A stretch of 64,000 nt of DNA from Laetmonice hystrix. Taxonomy: Eukaryota. This document shows positions 24,558 through 36,808 of this stretch, one piece after another (position 1 is the first letter of the stretch; each line of letters begins with the position of its first letter). Made by a program: the position numbers and the translations under genes. The DNA lies in the NCBI GenBank assembly GCA_965235115.1, contig OZ249440.1, positions 32,614,001 to 32,678,000 of the forward strand, given 5' to 3'. The notes beneath the pieces were generated by a model. It did not search any database. It had not been told where the DNA came from and saw only the letters and a list, made by a program, of their open reading frames with translations.

Positions 24558-26418
24558 CTTTGCGCTTTGTAGGCGTACGATCAGCTGCAGGTCGCCCAAC
24601 ACAGCCTGGGCGTGGCGATGTGGGGTGGGGGTGGGGCAAATCAGTCCATTACGCGAGTGCCGAAGGTGTGAAGTCTGGGAGAAAACTGTGAAATTTCGGG
24701 GGGGGGTGACATCTGGTGCTTTTTAGAACACAAAATAAGGTAGGCCTATAGGGGCCTAGGCCTAGATCTATACTTTTATCTTAAGACTGAACTCTTGTTT
24801 CAAAGCTTCTGATTGGTCCTTCAAATGAAGTCCCCCCCCAATATAATCTATAACCATACCTTGCTTTGGTGGAATGGGCAGAGAATGTATAGGCTAATAG
24901 AATACAAATGAATTCAGCAGAGCTTATGAATGCATGCTCTCCTTGATTGAGACAGATCTTAAGCCCCCCCCCCCCTCCTCCCTGCCCAAAGTCAGGAATC
25001 TGAACCACAGTAAATGGGGTGGGCTGGGGGGTCATTTGAGTCGCAGGCTTTGCTAATTGAGTCGGCCGCAACCAATGGCGCATCCAGGATTTGAGGAAAG
25101 GGGGGCACCATTTGGTGAATAGAAATCTAATCAGTGGCCTATTATCAGGGGCCTATTTTCGGGAATGTCGAAGACATAAACAAATTTCCACTATTTTTTA
25201 ACCGGCCCCTGGAGTTTTTTTTTTTTTTTGGGGGGGGGGGGGGGGGGGGCATCCGCCTTTGATATCGACGGTTCTATATAAGGCCTATATTATGAGGCTA
25301 CTATTCGTCCGGCCAGATGTCCGGTCAGATGATCCGACAATATTCAACTTTCTGAATATTGTCGGATGACGTCGATTCGACCTCTCTCGATGACCCGACG
25401 GGTCACCCGACGTCCGACAGAGCTGTTCCACCAGGCCAGATGTTATAGACGATGCCCCCCGATGCATTCCGGGCATGATTTCTCGGACCGATGCCGTCCG
25501 ATGCGTCCGATTTCTTCCGGTGGAATTCCAGATTTTGCCCGATGACGTCGGTCAGACTTCTCTCGATGACCCGACAGGTGGCCCGACGTCCGATGAAGGT
25601 GTTCCACCAGGCCAGATTTTGTAGCCGATGCGCCCCGATGCCACTCTGGGCATCGTTTTCTCGGCCAGATGCCATCCGATGCGTCCGATTTTCCCGGTGG
25701 AATTCCAGCTATAGAAGGACCAAAACCTTGTTTTTATAAAGTTTCGGGGGGACCTCTGTGCCCCCCTAAATCCGCCACTGACTAACGAATATAGCTTGTG
25801 AAAATAGGCCCTAGATCTAGACTCTACTCACTAGATCTACATACAGGGGCGGATCCAGAATTTTCAAGACGGGGGGGGGGGGGTGCTATGGAAAAAGGGC
25901 AATTTCTCAAACCGCCCCCCCCCCAGTGAGTAGCACATAACAGCTCTAAGGGCCGTAGGCCTAGTTAGAAATTTCTGAGTGTGGGGGCAGTCAGGGGCGG
26001 ATCCAGGTATTTGGTAAAGGGATTGTCCCCCATGATGCGGGCGCCAAAAGCGCGAAGCCATGAATGGGGGGGGGGGGCTGGGGGCCCTCCCCCAGAAAAA
26101 ATTACAATTAGGCCCGCCAAGAGAGCCAGCAGGGCGGACTGGTCCTCCTCGTTCACGGCCGCTGACAGACCTGGCCACTCGTTCGGGCGACCGTGACAAA
26201 GATGGCGCCGCCCATAGGGCCAACTCTCGTGATTTCTTGCGATTTCTCTTATCGCGCGATCTGCAGAAACAGAACGAAAATTTTCTTTGCGCGATTTTTT
26301 TTTCTCGCAAGATTTTTTTTTTTTTGCAATTTTTTTTTCTCGCGAGACTTTTTTTTTTTTGCAATTTTTTTTCTCGTGAAATTTTTTTTTTTTGAGGGTA
26401 GCATTCTCGGCTTCCGTA

Positions 26419-26941
26419 CTTAAGTATGCCGCTTATAGAAATCTATTTAATAAACTCAAGAGAAGAGCCAAACAATCGTTTTATTCCAAGCAGCTAAACA
26501 TATTTAAAAATGATATTTCCAAAACATGGCGGATCATAAAAACCCTAACTGGCAAAGTAAACGATAAAACTTCACTTCCGGATGAATTTAAACATGTAGG
26601 TATCAATATAAATGACGCAAAACAGATCAGTGATCGTTTCTGTAACTATTTGACAAATGTAGGAAACAATTGTTCGAACAAAATTCTTCCATCTAGATAT
26701 AATTACCAGCACTACCTAAAAACTAGTTATGCAAATTCTATGTTCTTATCGCCAACCGATCCTGAAGACGTAAATAAAATCATTAATGAAATCAATCCGA
26801 AAGCAAGCGCTGGCTGGGACATATAGACAGCAAGTTACTCAAGAGCTTATCAATAGAAATTTCCGCACCCCTGTCAAATATCATCAATAAATCATTCAAT
26901 CAGGGAGTCGTCCCTGATTGCTTAAAGGTAGCCAAAATAAT
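26419..26941 (+). pseudogene. LINE ORF2 segment 3 (tether region up to the start of RT)
   Basis: YRNLFNKLKRRAKQSFY...KTWRIIK...SMFLSPTDPEDV...KASAGWDI, then PLSNIINKSFNQGVVPDCLKVAKIIP. It is cut here by the next insertion. Confidence 0.85.
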
Positions 26942-26964
26942 CCCAGCGGGCACAGCACGTGGCA

Positions 26965-27300
26965 ATCACGTGTAATCCACGTGGTTTTGCCATGTGGCAA
27001 TCACGTGGCAAACTGTTGGTATGTGTAAACTAAATTCACGTGATTTCATCAGGTGGCATACACGTGGCAGAAATCACGTGTAATCCACGTGGTTTTGCCA
27101 CGTGGCAATCACGTGGCAAACTGGTGGTATGTGTAAACTAAATTCACGTGATTTCATCACGTGGCATACACGTGGCAGAAATCACGTGTAATCCACGTGG
27201 TTTTGCCACGTGGCAATCACGTGGCAAACTGGTGGTATGTGTAAACTAAATTCACGTGATTTTATCACGTGGCATACACGTGGCAAAATCACGTGAATTC
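26965..27300. repeat. Tandem array of about 108-bp units (3 copies) rich in CACGTG
   Basis: Units start at about 26965, 27073 and 27181. Confidence 0.9.
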
Positions 27301-27436
27301 ACCACCAGTTTCCCACCAGGCAAAATTCGTGAATTTCCCGTGGAGTACACGTGGATATGACCCGTGGAATACAGAATGATGTCACACCATATTTTGAAGT
27401 TCTTCAGAAACTGGAAATGAAGAACCTCATCAACGA

Positions 27437-30400
27437 CGCCAAGAATACTTTGAAGGGGATAGACACTTTCTGGAGATAGTCATCCCAGAGTCTGAAGGTT
27501 GGAGATGCTTTCCTGCCATCTTCACGGAACTGGTTGATCAATGGTGCCATCTTCACTCCAACTATTTGTCTAGCCTGTTCCATAAGCTCAGCAGACGTTT
27601 CCACAGAACATTCTGGTAATACTGTCTGTAAGCTGGAAAGCAAATCCATGAGTTCCTGTGGAATGGAATGGCCCATGATGTCACACCATATTTTGAAGTT
27701 CTTCAGAAACTGGAAATGAAGAACCTCATCAACGAGCTTCAGTGCATATAGACCACGGGAGAAATGTTTCCCAGACAAAATCTGTTTTACAGTTACCGCT
27801 GAAAATACACCCGAATCATGCAAGAGGTCCTGAAGACCCGCATCCCCATAAAGGACACCAATACCTGCAATCACAGACATTAGCAGATGCATGCCTCCTT
27901 CGCATGGGATAACACCTTCTAGTTCTTGTGGCTTCGTCCATGTGACTTCCAAGGCTTTTGTCAGGAGTCCCATGTCAAAAAACACGGGTGTGTATGTGTG
28001 TCCAAGTACATTTACCACCTCCTTGCTACGCTTGAGTATTGTGTAAACGGTGGACATATCTGTAGGGGGAGCCATTAGAATAGGATTGTAAGCTACAGTG
28101 GATACCTCTGTTTGTGGTTCTGCTGATGCGGTTATGTGGAACGACTCCCATGGTTGGCCTGGATCTTTTGGTTCCCTTCCAGTCAGTGCAGAAGATGACC
28201 TAATCATATTGTAGATTACCTCATCCAAGCGAGCTTTTATAACTTGCTTGTTTCCTATATCTGGTCTGACCTCATCTATTGTTGGTGGAGGATGAATGGA
28301 TGGCTCTACACGATGTGAAGGCTTTCTGTACAAAAGAACCTGAGACAGGTTTCCACCTGAAAAAACAAAATTTGTTTTCATTATGCCTCATCTGACTGAG
28401 GATCTCGTTTTACTGACCAAAAGCCTACAACGCTGGGTTCCCACAGGGTTGGGACGTCAAGATGTAATCGGAAAACGCGTCAGTTTGGGTTCCCGACCCC
28501 AAAGAATCAGGATTTCATCATAAGTCGGGAAAGCTGTCAAAACCCGGCTTTAAAGGAGTCTTAATCGACCTAGTAAGTATACATGCTCTAATAAATGCCA
28601 AAATTACACGTTACGCTGTGGGCTTTGAGCCTCGAGGCTCCCTGGTTTAGCCACTGCAGCATCATGAGGGGTCGGGAAATTGGCAAGTTTTGAAATAGTC
28701 AGGATATAGTCCTGGTACTGCTGCGGGAACCCTAACAACGGTGACAGGGCCATGGTAAATCATTATCTCCTCTAACTATTATTACATTATATGTACTGTT
28801 ATTTATTTTGTACATCAATATGGCAGTGAAGGATCATACCAAATACCAAACTAACCTTGTAAAGACGAAAAGTTATATGTCCTGTTGGGTTGGCGCGGAA
28901 TCCGTGGAAACTCTTTGACTGTTTGTGGTGACACGATGACACTGGTCATTGCGTGGGTTGTGCGCTTGCCATCAATGGTACATTCATTGTGGTCCCAGTT
29001 ATCGGCAACGACTATCACCTGTTTTCCACCATCTTTCTTGGCCACCAGCTCTGGTGGAATGAAGGAACCTGACTGTTGTCTTGAAGAGACATGTACTGCA
29101 GCAGATGTCAAAAACCGTCGCAACTCGGTGTACGATATTCCATACCCTAGGTTGTGTATGTCCTCCACCAGTTTGCGACTCCCAAATTCATGGTGAAGGT
29201 ATACAGAAAGGCCAAGATGTTTTGGAGACATAAATGTCGTAGATAGAGTGGTGATGTCGCAGGCTATATTCAGATACTTTGAACTGTCTTCACTAGTGGG
29301 CACATCTGCATTCAAGTAGAGTTCTTCATTTGTAAGCCATGCAACTGCCTTGTAAAGTAGGGGGTCCACAAAGTTCATTGATGCTTCTTTTGTCATCTCC
29401 TCAGAAGAATAATACTCAATATCAGGATTATTGTCTTTTTTCATTCTTCTTCTAAGTATTCCGACTGTGTGGTACACTAGACTCTCTTCATTTCTTACTT
29501 GTGCATTTGAAGTAGTGTTTTCTTTCTCTTCTCTGGCCGTCTTGAGGGAATGTGATAATTCATTTACCTTTCTTAGAGCATCTCCAACGGAGACTGTACT
29601 TGAACATACAAAGTCTGAAAACCCGGGTTGTGATATAAAGCACACCTCCGGCCATTCCTTCTGCAGGTGATTCTTCAAGCGGTTGGAAGTGTAACTTGGA
29701 GGGTTTGCCAAGTTTGTTGCCACTGCTAGTTCCAAGAAGCGATCTCTTAGTGACGTCAGTAGATGCACTTCTCCTTCCACCACGATTGGAATATGGTATT
29801 CCTCCTTTAACTGTCTTAGAACGTCCTTGAGAGAAGGATTCGGGGTTTCCTCTGAGTCAGAGACATGTTTCTTCGCCTTATGGATATATTTTGCAAGACA
29901 TCCTTTCTTTTGGTGGTACCTGGCATCAGCTGCCACTAGATCTGGACCAGCTCCATGCAGTCTTTGGAGCATGTCAGCATCCTCGAGCGCTGCAGCAGCG
30001 CTGAGAACTTTGGTGTATAAGTTTTCACTTCCATTACCAATAGCTGTTTCGACCAATGACCAGTTACCACGACCACTTGAGTGTCTGTGGGCTGGAAAGC
30101 ACTGCCTTCCACAAATGAAACAATTGTTTTTCCAATCAAACACAAGATCCGAGAAATGTGTCCTTGTGATTACCTTTTTGGCATCCTCATTGCAACCACC
30201 CAATGAAACTGTGTCTAACGTACTGTCTCCGCAATCTAGTCTCCTCTTTATATGGTGTTGGCTGCAATATGTTGACCTACAGTCTTTGTGGTATCGAAAC
30301 GTCTTTTCATTGTTGAGGATTTCTGGTTTATTCTGAAGCAGTATTTTACCCACTTCATCATCACGCTGAAGAGAAGCTAAAAATAATGCATCAAGTTGCC

Positions 30401-30530
30401 CAATATTAGGGGTGACTGTAGGATGCTGCTTCGTGAAAGGTCCATTACAAAAGAGGCAGGAGTCTTCATTGCCAATAAAGACTTCCAATTTGGCCCGCTT
30501 ACTTGGGATGGCAACTTTGAATGCTGCCAT
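27437..30530 (-). pseudogene. Academ-like transposase, two exons (30530-28856 and 28356-27437), truncated at the 3' end
   Basis: FDWKNNCFICG, DLVAADARYH, SPKHLGL...GSRKLVED...GYGISY, ADNWD...DGKRTTHAM, PTDMSTVYT, FFDMGL..KA, GGMHLLMS. Phase-1 GT-AG intron at 28855-28357. Confidence 0.7.
28433..28734. mobile_element. hAT-like MITE with a 6-bp TSD in the Academ intron
   Basis: acaacg|CTGGGTTCCCACAG ... CTGCGGGAACCCTA|acaacg. Confidence 0.6.
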
Positions 30531-32792
30531 GTCCCAAACAGTCGGAACCTGAAATAAAAATACATAAATGAGTTCATACTAGTGAATCCATCAGATACTT
30601 TTGATACTTGGATGCAGGTAACAGTCACATATTTTTTAATCGCCAACAGTATAGGCCTACAGATTAAAGTACATATTTTAGGGTTTATTATAATGATACA
30701 CGGTTTGAGTTTTAATCGCCTATAGATGCCCAAACTTCAAATGAAGTGCTGTGTAAAAGCACAATAATTTAACGTTTTAGAATTTGTATTGTCTTCCTAA
30801 CTCAAAACAACTTTTGAAATGTAACATTTGTAATTATGAGACATGCTCAAATAAATGCCACCTTTTAAATCTGAAAAATACAGCCTCCATGCTTGAAATG
30901 TAGGCCTATGTGTACTTAGTATGGGTAACATATACACTAATTCCTCAATTATCGCTCATTACAGTACTTTCAACTTTTTTCCTTCAATATAAAAGGCAAA
31001 ACATGTTATATTACTAATCTGAATTCTTTACAATACAGAGAAAATGGCCTTCATAATAAATCTGATAAAGAACCAATGTAAAATCGTTTCATTGCCTCAT
31101 ATTCTTACCTGCTTCTTGCTTTAAGCAGACATCATTCTGATAGCATCATGGTAACCAAGGAGACCATTCCGTAGTTCACCAGATCACCACTAGGGGGTAC
31201 TTTGTAGTCGTAATTTCCACCTGGATAGCAATCAGGTAGGCCTAATCCATTGTCTATAGGTTTTCAGAAACCTCGTCAATATACCCGAACTCCATACTAA
31301 AGTTAGAATGCAGAAGTTTCTTTCGGATGACCTTTGACCTCGTGACCTTGACCAAGGTCAAGGTCATCAAGAGGCACCATGTTAGTAATATCCCTATAAT
31401 CCCTGACTGACTAAAATGACTTAGGTCTATCTATAACAGTTAGGGGGAGAGGATGGAAAATGTCCTTTTTGGGAGTGCACTCCTTTCCTATGACCTTTGA
31501 CCTTGACCTCGTGACCTTGACCAAGGTCAAGGGCATCGAAACGCAGCAGCTTAGTAAAATCCCTATACGTATATAACTGATAAAATAGCTCAAGTCTGCC
31601 TGTTCCAAATGTGGAGACATAATGAGGAATGCCCTTTTTTGGGGTATGCTCCTTTCCGATGACCTTTGACCTTTGGCAACTAACCCTGCAGTTTTTACCT
31701 GGTAACTACGCTGGTGACATACATTTGGGTATCCTTGACAACCAGAAAAACTAAATGCTATAATTATGGTGACTATTACATTTATTCATTACGCTCAAAT
31801 GCCTGCAAGTATAGGCCTACAGATTAAAGTACATATTTTAGGGTTTATTATAAAGATACACGGTTTGAGGTTTAAATCTAAATTCGGTAAAAATGAAGGT
31901 GAAGGTCATCTTTGTTAAGTCAAGGTCATCTTGCAAGGTGACAAACATAATGCAAGTAACTAGTTTATGTAAGTAGATATGGATATAAATCACCAAACCG
32001 ACATTCTTTTGAGGCAATGGCCGATGTAGGCCTACAGGCCTAATCAATTGGTATTTAAGCTGCAGATTGTGAGATGTCAAGGACCACGTTTGAATGTGTT
32101 GCTATGGAAACCTATGGAAGAATAAATGTACTTTTACAACATAATCTTGGACAAGAGTGTGTTATCTTTATCTGACACAATTTTCATACAATTCTGATAA
32201 TAATTAACAAACATACAGGCTGCGGTATGAAGTCACGTGACTATTTCTTATGAATTTTGAATAATTAATGTATGATTTGGTGACCTTGACCTTGGTCAAG
32301 GTCATCGAAACGCAGCATGTTGGTAAAGTCCCTATATGTCCATACCTGACTAAAATATCTTAGGTCTGTCTGTAAGCGTTCCAGAGACAGAGCAGAATAT
32401 GTCCAATTTTTCAAAGTATCATTTTTTGTATGACCTCTGACCTTTGACCCCTGACCCTGCCGTTTGTAATTCGTAACCAGTCTGGCATCCGGCAGATTCG
32501 TATCCCTGACAACCAGGCGAACAAAATGGTATATATGAACCTTTATTAAGAATCATGCATGGGTGTTCTCATTTTGAGCCTCCGCTGCTGCAGCACTAAT
32601 ATGTAGATATATCCATTTGCATTACAAGTGTCATTTTCCATGTCATATCACCCAGTTTTCCATTTCTCCAGCTTTCCACATCATACGCACCGTGGGTGTG
32701 ATATCCGGCTATTTTTAGCCATTATATTGCCGCCATAATTGAGTGGTCAGTCACTGACTCTGAGGCCCGTATGCCTTTTTCGCGAAGATGCC

Positions 32793-32866
32793 GGGCACTG
32801 GTGGGATTCGAACCGTGGATTTCCTGATGAGAAGTCTGCGTCTCTGCCCATTCGGCCACGCTTGTA
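32793..32866 (-). repeat. tRNA-derived SINE head or tRNA pseudogene
   Basis: The minus strand has an A-box-like TGGCCGAATGG and a B-box GGTTCGAATCC, but the acceptor stem does not pair. Confidence 0.5.
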
Positions 32867-33466
32867 GGTTGTAATTTGCACGGTTGGAATCCTAGCTGTT
32901 TTTCCTCGTCTTGCTATCAATAAACCCCCTCGGTAACGCGCGGGGGTCCATTGATAGCACCCCTCGATTGATTATTTTTCTCTCAACAAAATCCTCTACT
33001 TTGTCTCGTATTTTTTCTCCATTTGTCAATTCAGAACATTTACCATAAACCCCTTCGCTAACGCTCGGGGCTTTCAGTGATAGTACCCGTAAGGTAATGG
33101 GGGGTATTTCGCTAGGAAAAAGAAATCGTCCGGAAAACCATCTAGATTACATTTAGATTTACACCACCGCCGTAAAGATTTACACCACCGCAAAGTTCCT
33201 AACTTCTTGATATATTGTTTGCTTTTGAGATTGCAATATAACAAATTCCCTAGATTTTTGGGCCTCCTTAGCGTCAGCCCTGTACACACACAAAGCTGAC
33301 GAGTTGGCTACGAATGATCCTGTTGCCAGTACTGTTAAACTTTCTGCTTCTCACAACGTCAATTGTCAATTGTCAAAGTTAATCGTCGTACAGAACTAGC
33401 CAGTTTTTCCTTGGGGAAATGTTATCATTTACATATTTTAATATAAATTTGCCCAGATAGGCCTAT

Positions 33467-34400
33467 CCACGTGTATTCCACGAGAAAATACACCAATCAT
33501 TTCCACGTGTACATATCCACGTGTTTTCAACGTGATACTGAAACCAAATTTCCCCCAAATGGCACAAATGACGCACATCACCTTTTCCACTAGAAAGCCA
33601 CGTGTTTTTAACATGATACTGAAACCAAATTTCCACGAGATGGCAAAAATGATGGACATCACCTTTCCCACCAGAAAGCCACGTGTTTTCAACGCGATAC
33701 TAAAACCAAATTTCCCCCAACTGGCGGAAATGATGGACATCACATTTCCCACCAGAAAGCCACGTGTTTTCAATGTGATACTGAAACCAAATTTCCACGA
33801 GCTGGCGAAAATGATGGACATCACCTTTCCCACCAGAAAGCCACGTGTTTTAAACGTGATACTAAAACCAAATTTCCCCCAACTGGCGGAAATGATGGAC
33901 ATATCAGCTTTCCCACCGGAAAGCCACGTGTTTTCAACGTGGTACTGAAACCAAATTCCCCCCAACTGGCGAAAATGCTGGACATCACATTTCCCACCAG
34001 AAAGCCACGTGTTTTCAACGTGATACTGAAACCAAATTTCCACGAGCTGGCAAAAATGATGGACATATCAGCTTTCCCACCGGAAAGCCACGTGTTTTCA
34101 ACGTGGTACTGAAACCAAATTTCCCCCAACTGGCGAAAATGATGGACATCACATTTCCCACCAGAAAGCCACGTGTTTTCAACGTGATACTGAAACCAAA
34201 TTTCCACGAGCTGGCAAAAATGATGGACATATCAGCTTTCCCACCGGAAAGCCACGTGTTTTCAACGTGGTACTGAAACCAAATTTCCCCCAACTGGCGA
34301 AAATGATGGACATCACATTTCCCACCAGAAAGCCACGTGTTTTCAACGTGATACTGAAACCAAATTTCCCCGTCATAAATCCACGTGGAAACGACGTGGA
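33467..34400. repeat. Tandem array of 81-83-bp units (about 11 copies)
   Basis: ccacgtgttttcaacgtgatactgaaaccaaatttcc...ttcccaccagaaag repeated; alternating 81/83-bp variants in the distal half. Confidence 0.95.
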
Positions 34401-34422
34401 AAACATGGGGGTCATATGACCA

Positions 34423-34900
34423 GGGGTTGGTTAAGGGTGGTACCGGAGTCAGCGAGGTCTGCCCGGGTTTTCTTGCGGGGTTATAGGGTGGGTGTGGGAG
34501 GGAACTCGTGGTCTAGGACTTTGTGGGCCTTGTTGTCTCCACCTAATAAGGCAGGACTATAAGTTATACCCATGGAATTTTGGCCAATGTATCTCCATAT
34601 CTCCATATATCTATAATGTATTATCAGTTGTCATCATATATTATTAGTATGTTATTTATAAATAGTTATATATATAATAGTATGTTATTTATACTTGTTA
34701 TATTATATTTTATTATAGTATATTAATATATCATTTATATGTGTTATATATATTTATCATTTACCATCTTATATGATGTAATGTTTAAGTATGTGGGGTT
34801 GTATAGAGTCTCCCCGGTTGGGGATGATCGACGGGTTACGCAATAAAAATGTAACCTACAACAACACATACAGCCTCTGAGTTTTGACTACATAAAATAA
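34423..34900 (+). repeat. Unclassified dispersed repeat (second copy at about 46960-47452)
   Basis: Shared blocks gtcagcg.gg.ctgcccgggtttt, ttgtctccacctaataaggcag, gatcgacgggttac and aataaaatgtaacctacaa. Confidence 0.65.
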
Positions 34901-36808
34901 GCTAGTCAATGACCAATGTCAAAAGTCTGAAATAGGCATCAGTGGCGAATCCAGGATTTGGTGGGAGGGGGGGGGGCGCAAATTTTGTTAAGAGGGGAGG
35001 CGTAAAAATTCAACCACAGACAATTTCATTATATATATTCATTTCCTCCATAGGCCTAAAGGGAATAGAAAAGTTCAATCTATCAATATAAGGGTGTTCA
35101 GCATGAACAAGCTTGTTCTTACCTACAATTCTGTGATTATCTGATCTTTAATAAAGGAATAATCAACCGAAATGTAGACATTCTCCCGCTGGCTTCGTCC
35201 GTTTGTTTACCCTATTTGGCCCTTATCTCAATCTATTAATAGATATAGCTCCTGCTGTCTCGCGTGGGAAATAGCGAATGACCCGGGCGGTATTTTAAAA
35301 AAGTCGCCGTTGACAGTGTTCCACTTATCGGTGTGACCTTAGACACTTTATATGGTGTTACTGGTGTTCAAAGGCACGTTAGTGAGGAATTTTTCTATTC
35401 CCTTTAAAAAGGTAGCTCACATCAACACTGGGGGAGCCTGAGGGCCCAGGGGGCCCGGGCCCCCCTAAATTTTCCTCCTTTTTGGAGGGGATGAAGATGC
35501 CCTGACACCAGGATTCTAGCAAAATTATTTTAAAAAGCCTCCTGTACGTGATAGTAGGCTAACGTCGCCCCCCCCCAAAAAAAAGGGCCTCCTCAAGTCC
35601 AACAACAGCAACACAACTTTGCTTCTATGTATAAAATCGTGCCGAGCATAGCGAGGCAAACAAAATTGTAGGTGGTTTTTATCTTGGGACGGCCAGAAGG
35701 GAATCTCCCTCTAGTCTAGCGTTGACCTAAATACCGCATGTACACCCGGAAGTCACGTGATCACGCGTCATCATCGCCCGACCGCGGCCAACTCAAATAT
35801 CCTGTGGGCCGCTCGCTAATTCTGAGCTACGTATTTGCGAGAGATTTGGCATATTTTCCTTACTAAATACTGGTCGCTGGGCCATAACAGTCTCACATGA
35901 TGTTACTGGGAGTCCAAGGTATGCGAATCATATGTTTCTAAGACTGCCATAAATCGAAAAAATGAATTTTACGGCTCCCTTTGAGCCGTTGTCGCATAAT
36001 TAATAATTGTAGATATCAATTGAAAGAGAATACCTTGGAGATTGCATCTTTGATGTTTAATAAATCATACTTCTCTTAAATTAAACCCAAATACGATGGG
36101 TAGATCATGTACGTATAAACAGGCTCCGTTACGTTGTTGACGGACGCATATCGCTTATTACGTATGCAGGATCGCGCAGAGTGATGACGTCATACACAGA
36201 AAACTTGGGTTAGCGTTAGCGTTGCTGAGATACGTTTGGTTGCTAAAACTCTCTACTATGTGCCAATGGGCGGTAATACAGGGTGGCCCCAAAAAAAACG
36301 CCCGAGCATACTCAGGCTATCTTATGCCCCAAACTATTGGTATGTATGGATGGGGAATCTTCCTAGAAGAAGAATGACACCAAGAGCACCCTAAACGGAT
36401 GAGTGGTTATGTTGGAGCCATTTTTGTAAAGCAAGGTCATGATGAAATTTGCTTCAGGTGACAAACAACAGGTTAGTCCAACAATGAACCATAACATGGC
36501 CTTTACTCATAATCAATAATAAGGGGCAGAAGGGATTAGGTATTACATAATCACAGGTGCATAATAGGCTGGCTCTAAGGGTAAAGTTTATTTCATTTTG
36601 TTTAGAGAACCATTTGTTTAAAATCAATAACTAATGATTATTGGAATCACTTCCGCTAAACTTAAACAATCGAACCCCTGGACCTTGCTTTACATAAAAG
36701 GCTCTACACTCAAAACTACTCAACCGAATCAATTGATCAAGGTGTCATTCTCCTCCTAAGAAGATTCCCCATCCATACATACCAACAGTTTGGGGAATAA
36801 GATAGCCT

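Larger units (their letters stand above)
16655..25710 (+). mobile_element. PIF/Harbinger transposon (decayed, two convergent genes)
   Basis: Imperfect TIR aggctggattccacc / ggtggaattccagct with ATA on both sides, shared ggccagatg/ccgatg subterminal motifs, and a HARBI1-like transposase inside. Confidence 0.65.
15908..26418. mobile_element. TIR element with IS3EU-like TAC...GTA ends (CTTAAG TSD), carrying a nested Harbinger
   Basis: Perfect 24-bp TIR tacggaagccgagaatgctaccct, extending imperfectly to about 130 bp. CTTAAG lies on both sides (an alternative reading is a TTAA TSD with GTAC ends). Excision restores LINE LIYLKYAAYRN. Confidence 0.75.
27376..32598 (-). mobile_element. Academ-type DNA transposon, 3'-truncated
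   Basis: The minus-strand end reads TAGTGCTGCAGCAGCGG at 32598. Subterminal repeats tgacctt(t)gacc...ggtcaaggtca; transposase ORF inside. Confidence 0.65.
26942..34410. mobile_element. CMC/EnSpm-like non-autonomous element with CACGTG-rich subterminal arrays (right terminus missing)
   Basis: Starts CCCAGCGGGCACAGCACGTGG exactly where the LINE stops. CACGTG arrays lie at both ends, but no matching TGCCCGCTGGG was found. Confidence 0.5.

Noticed and set aside
32793..32866. Functional tRNA gene
   Set aside because: A and B boxes are present, but the acceptor and anticodon stems do not pair properly; more likely a SINE head.
33438..34415. CRISPR-like array or repeat-protein ORFs
   Set aside because: The units are contiguous tandem repeats without unique spacers, there are no cas genes, and the context is eukaryotic.
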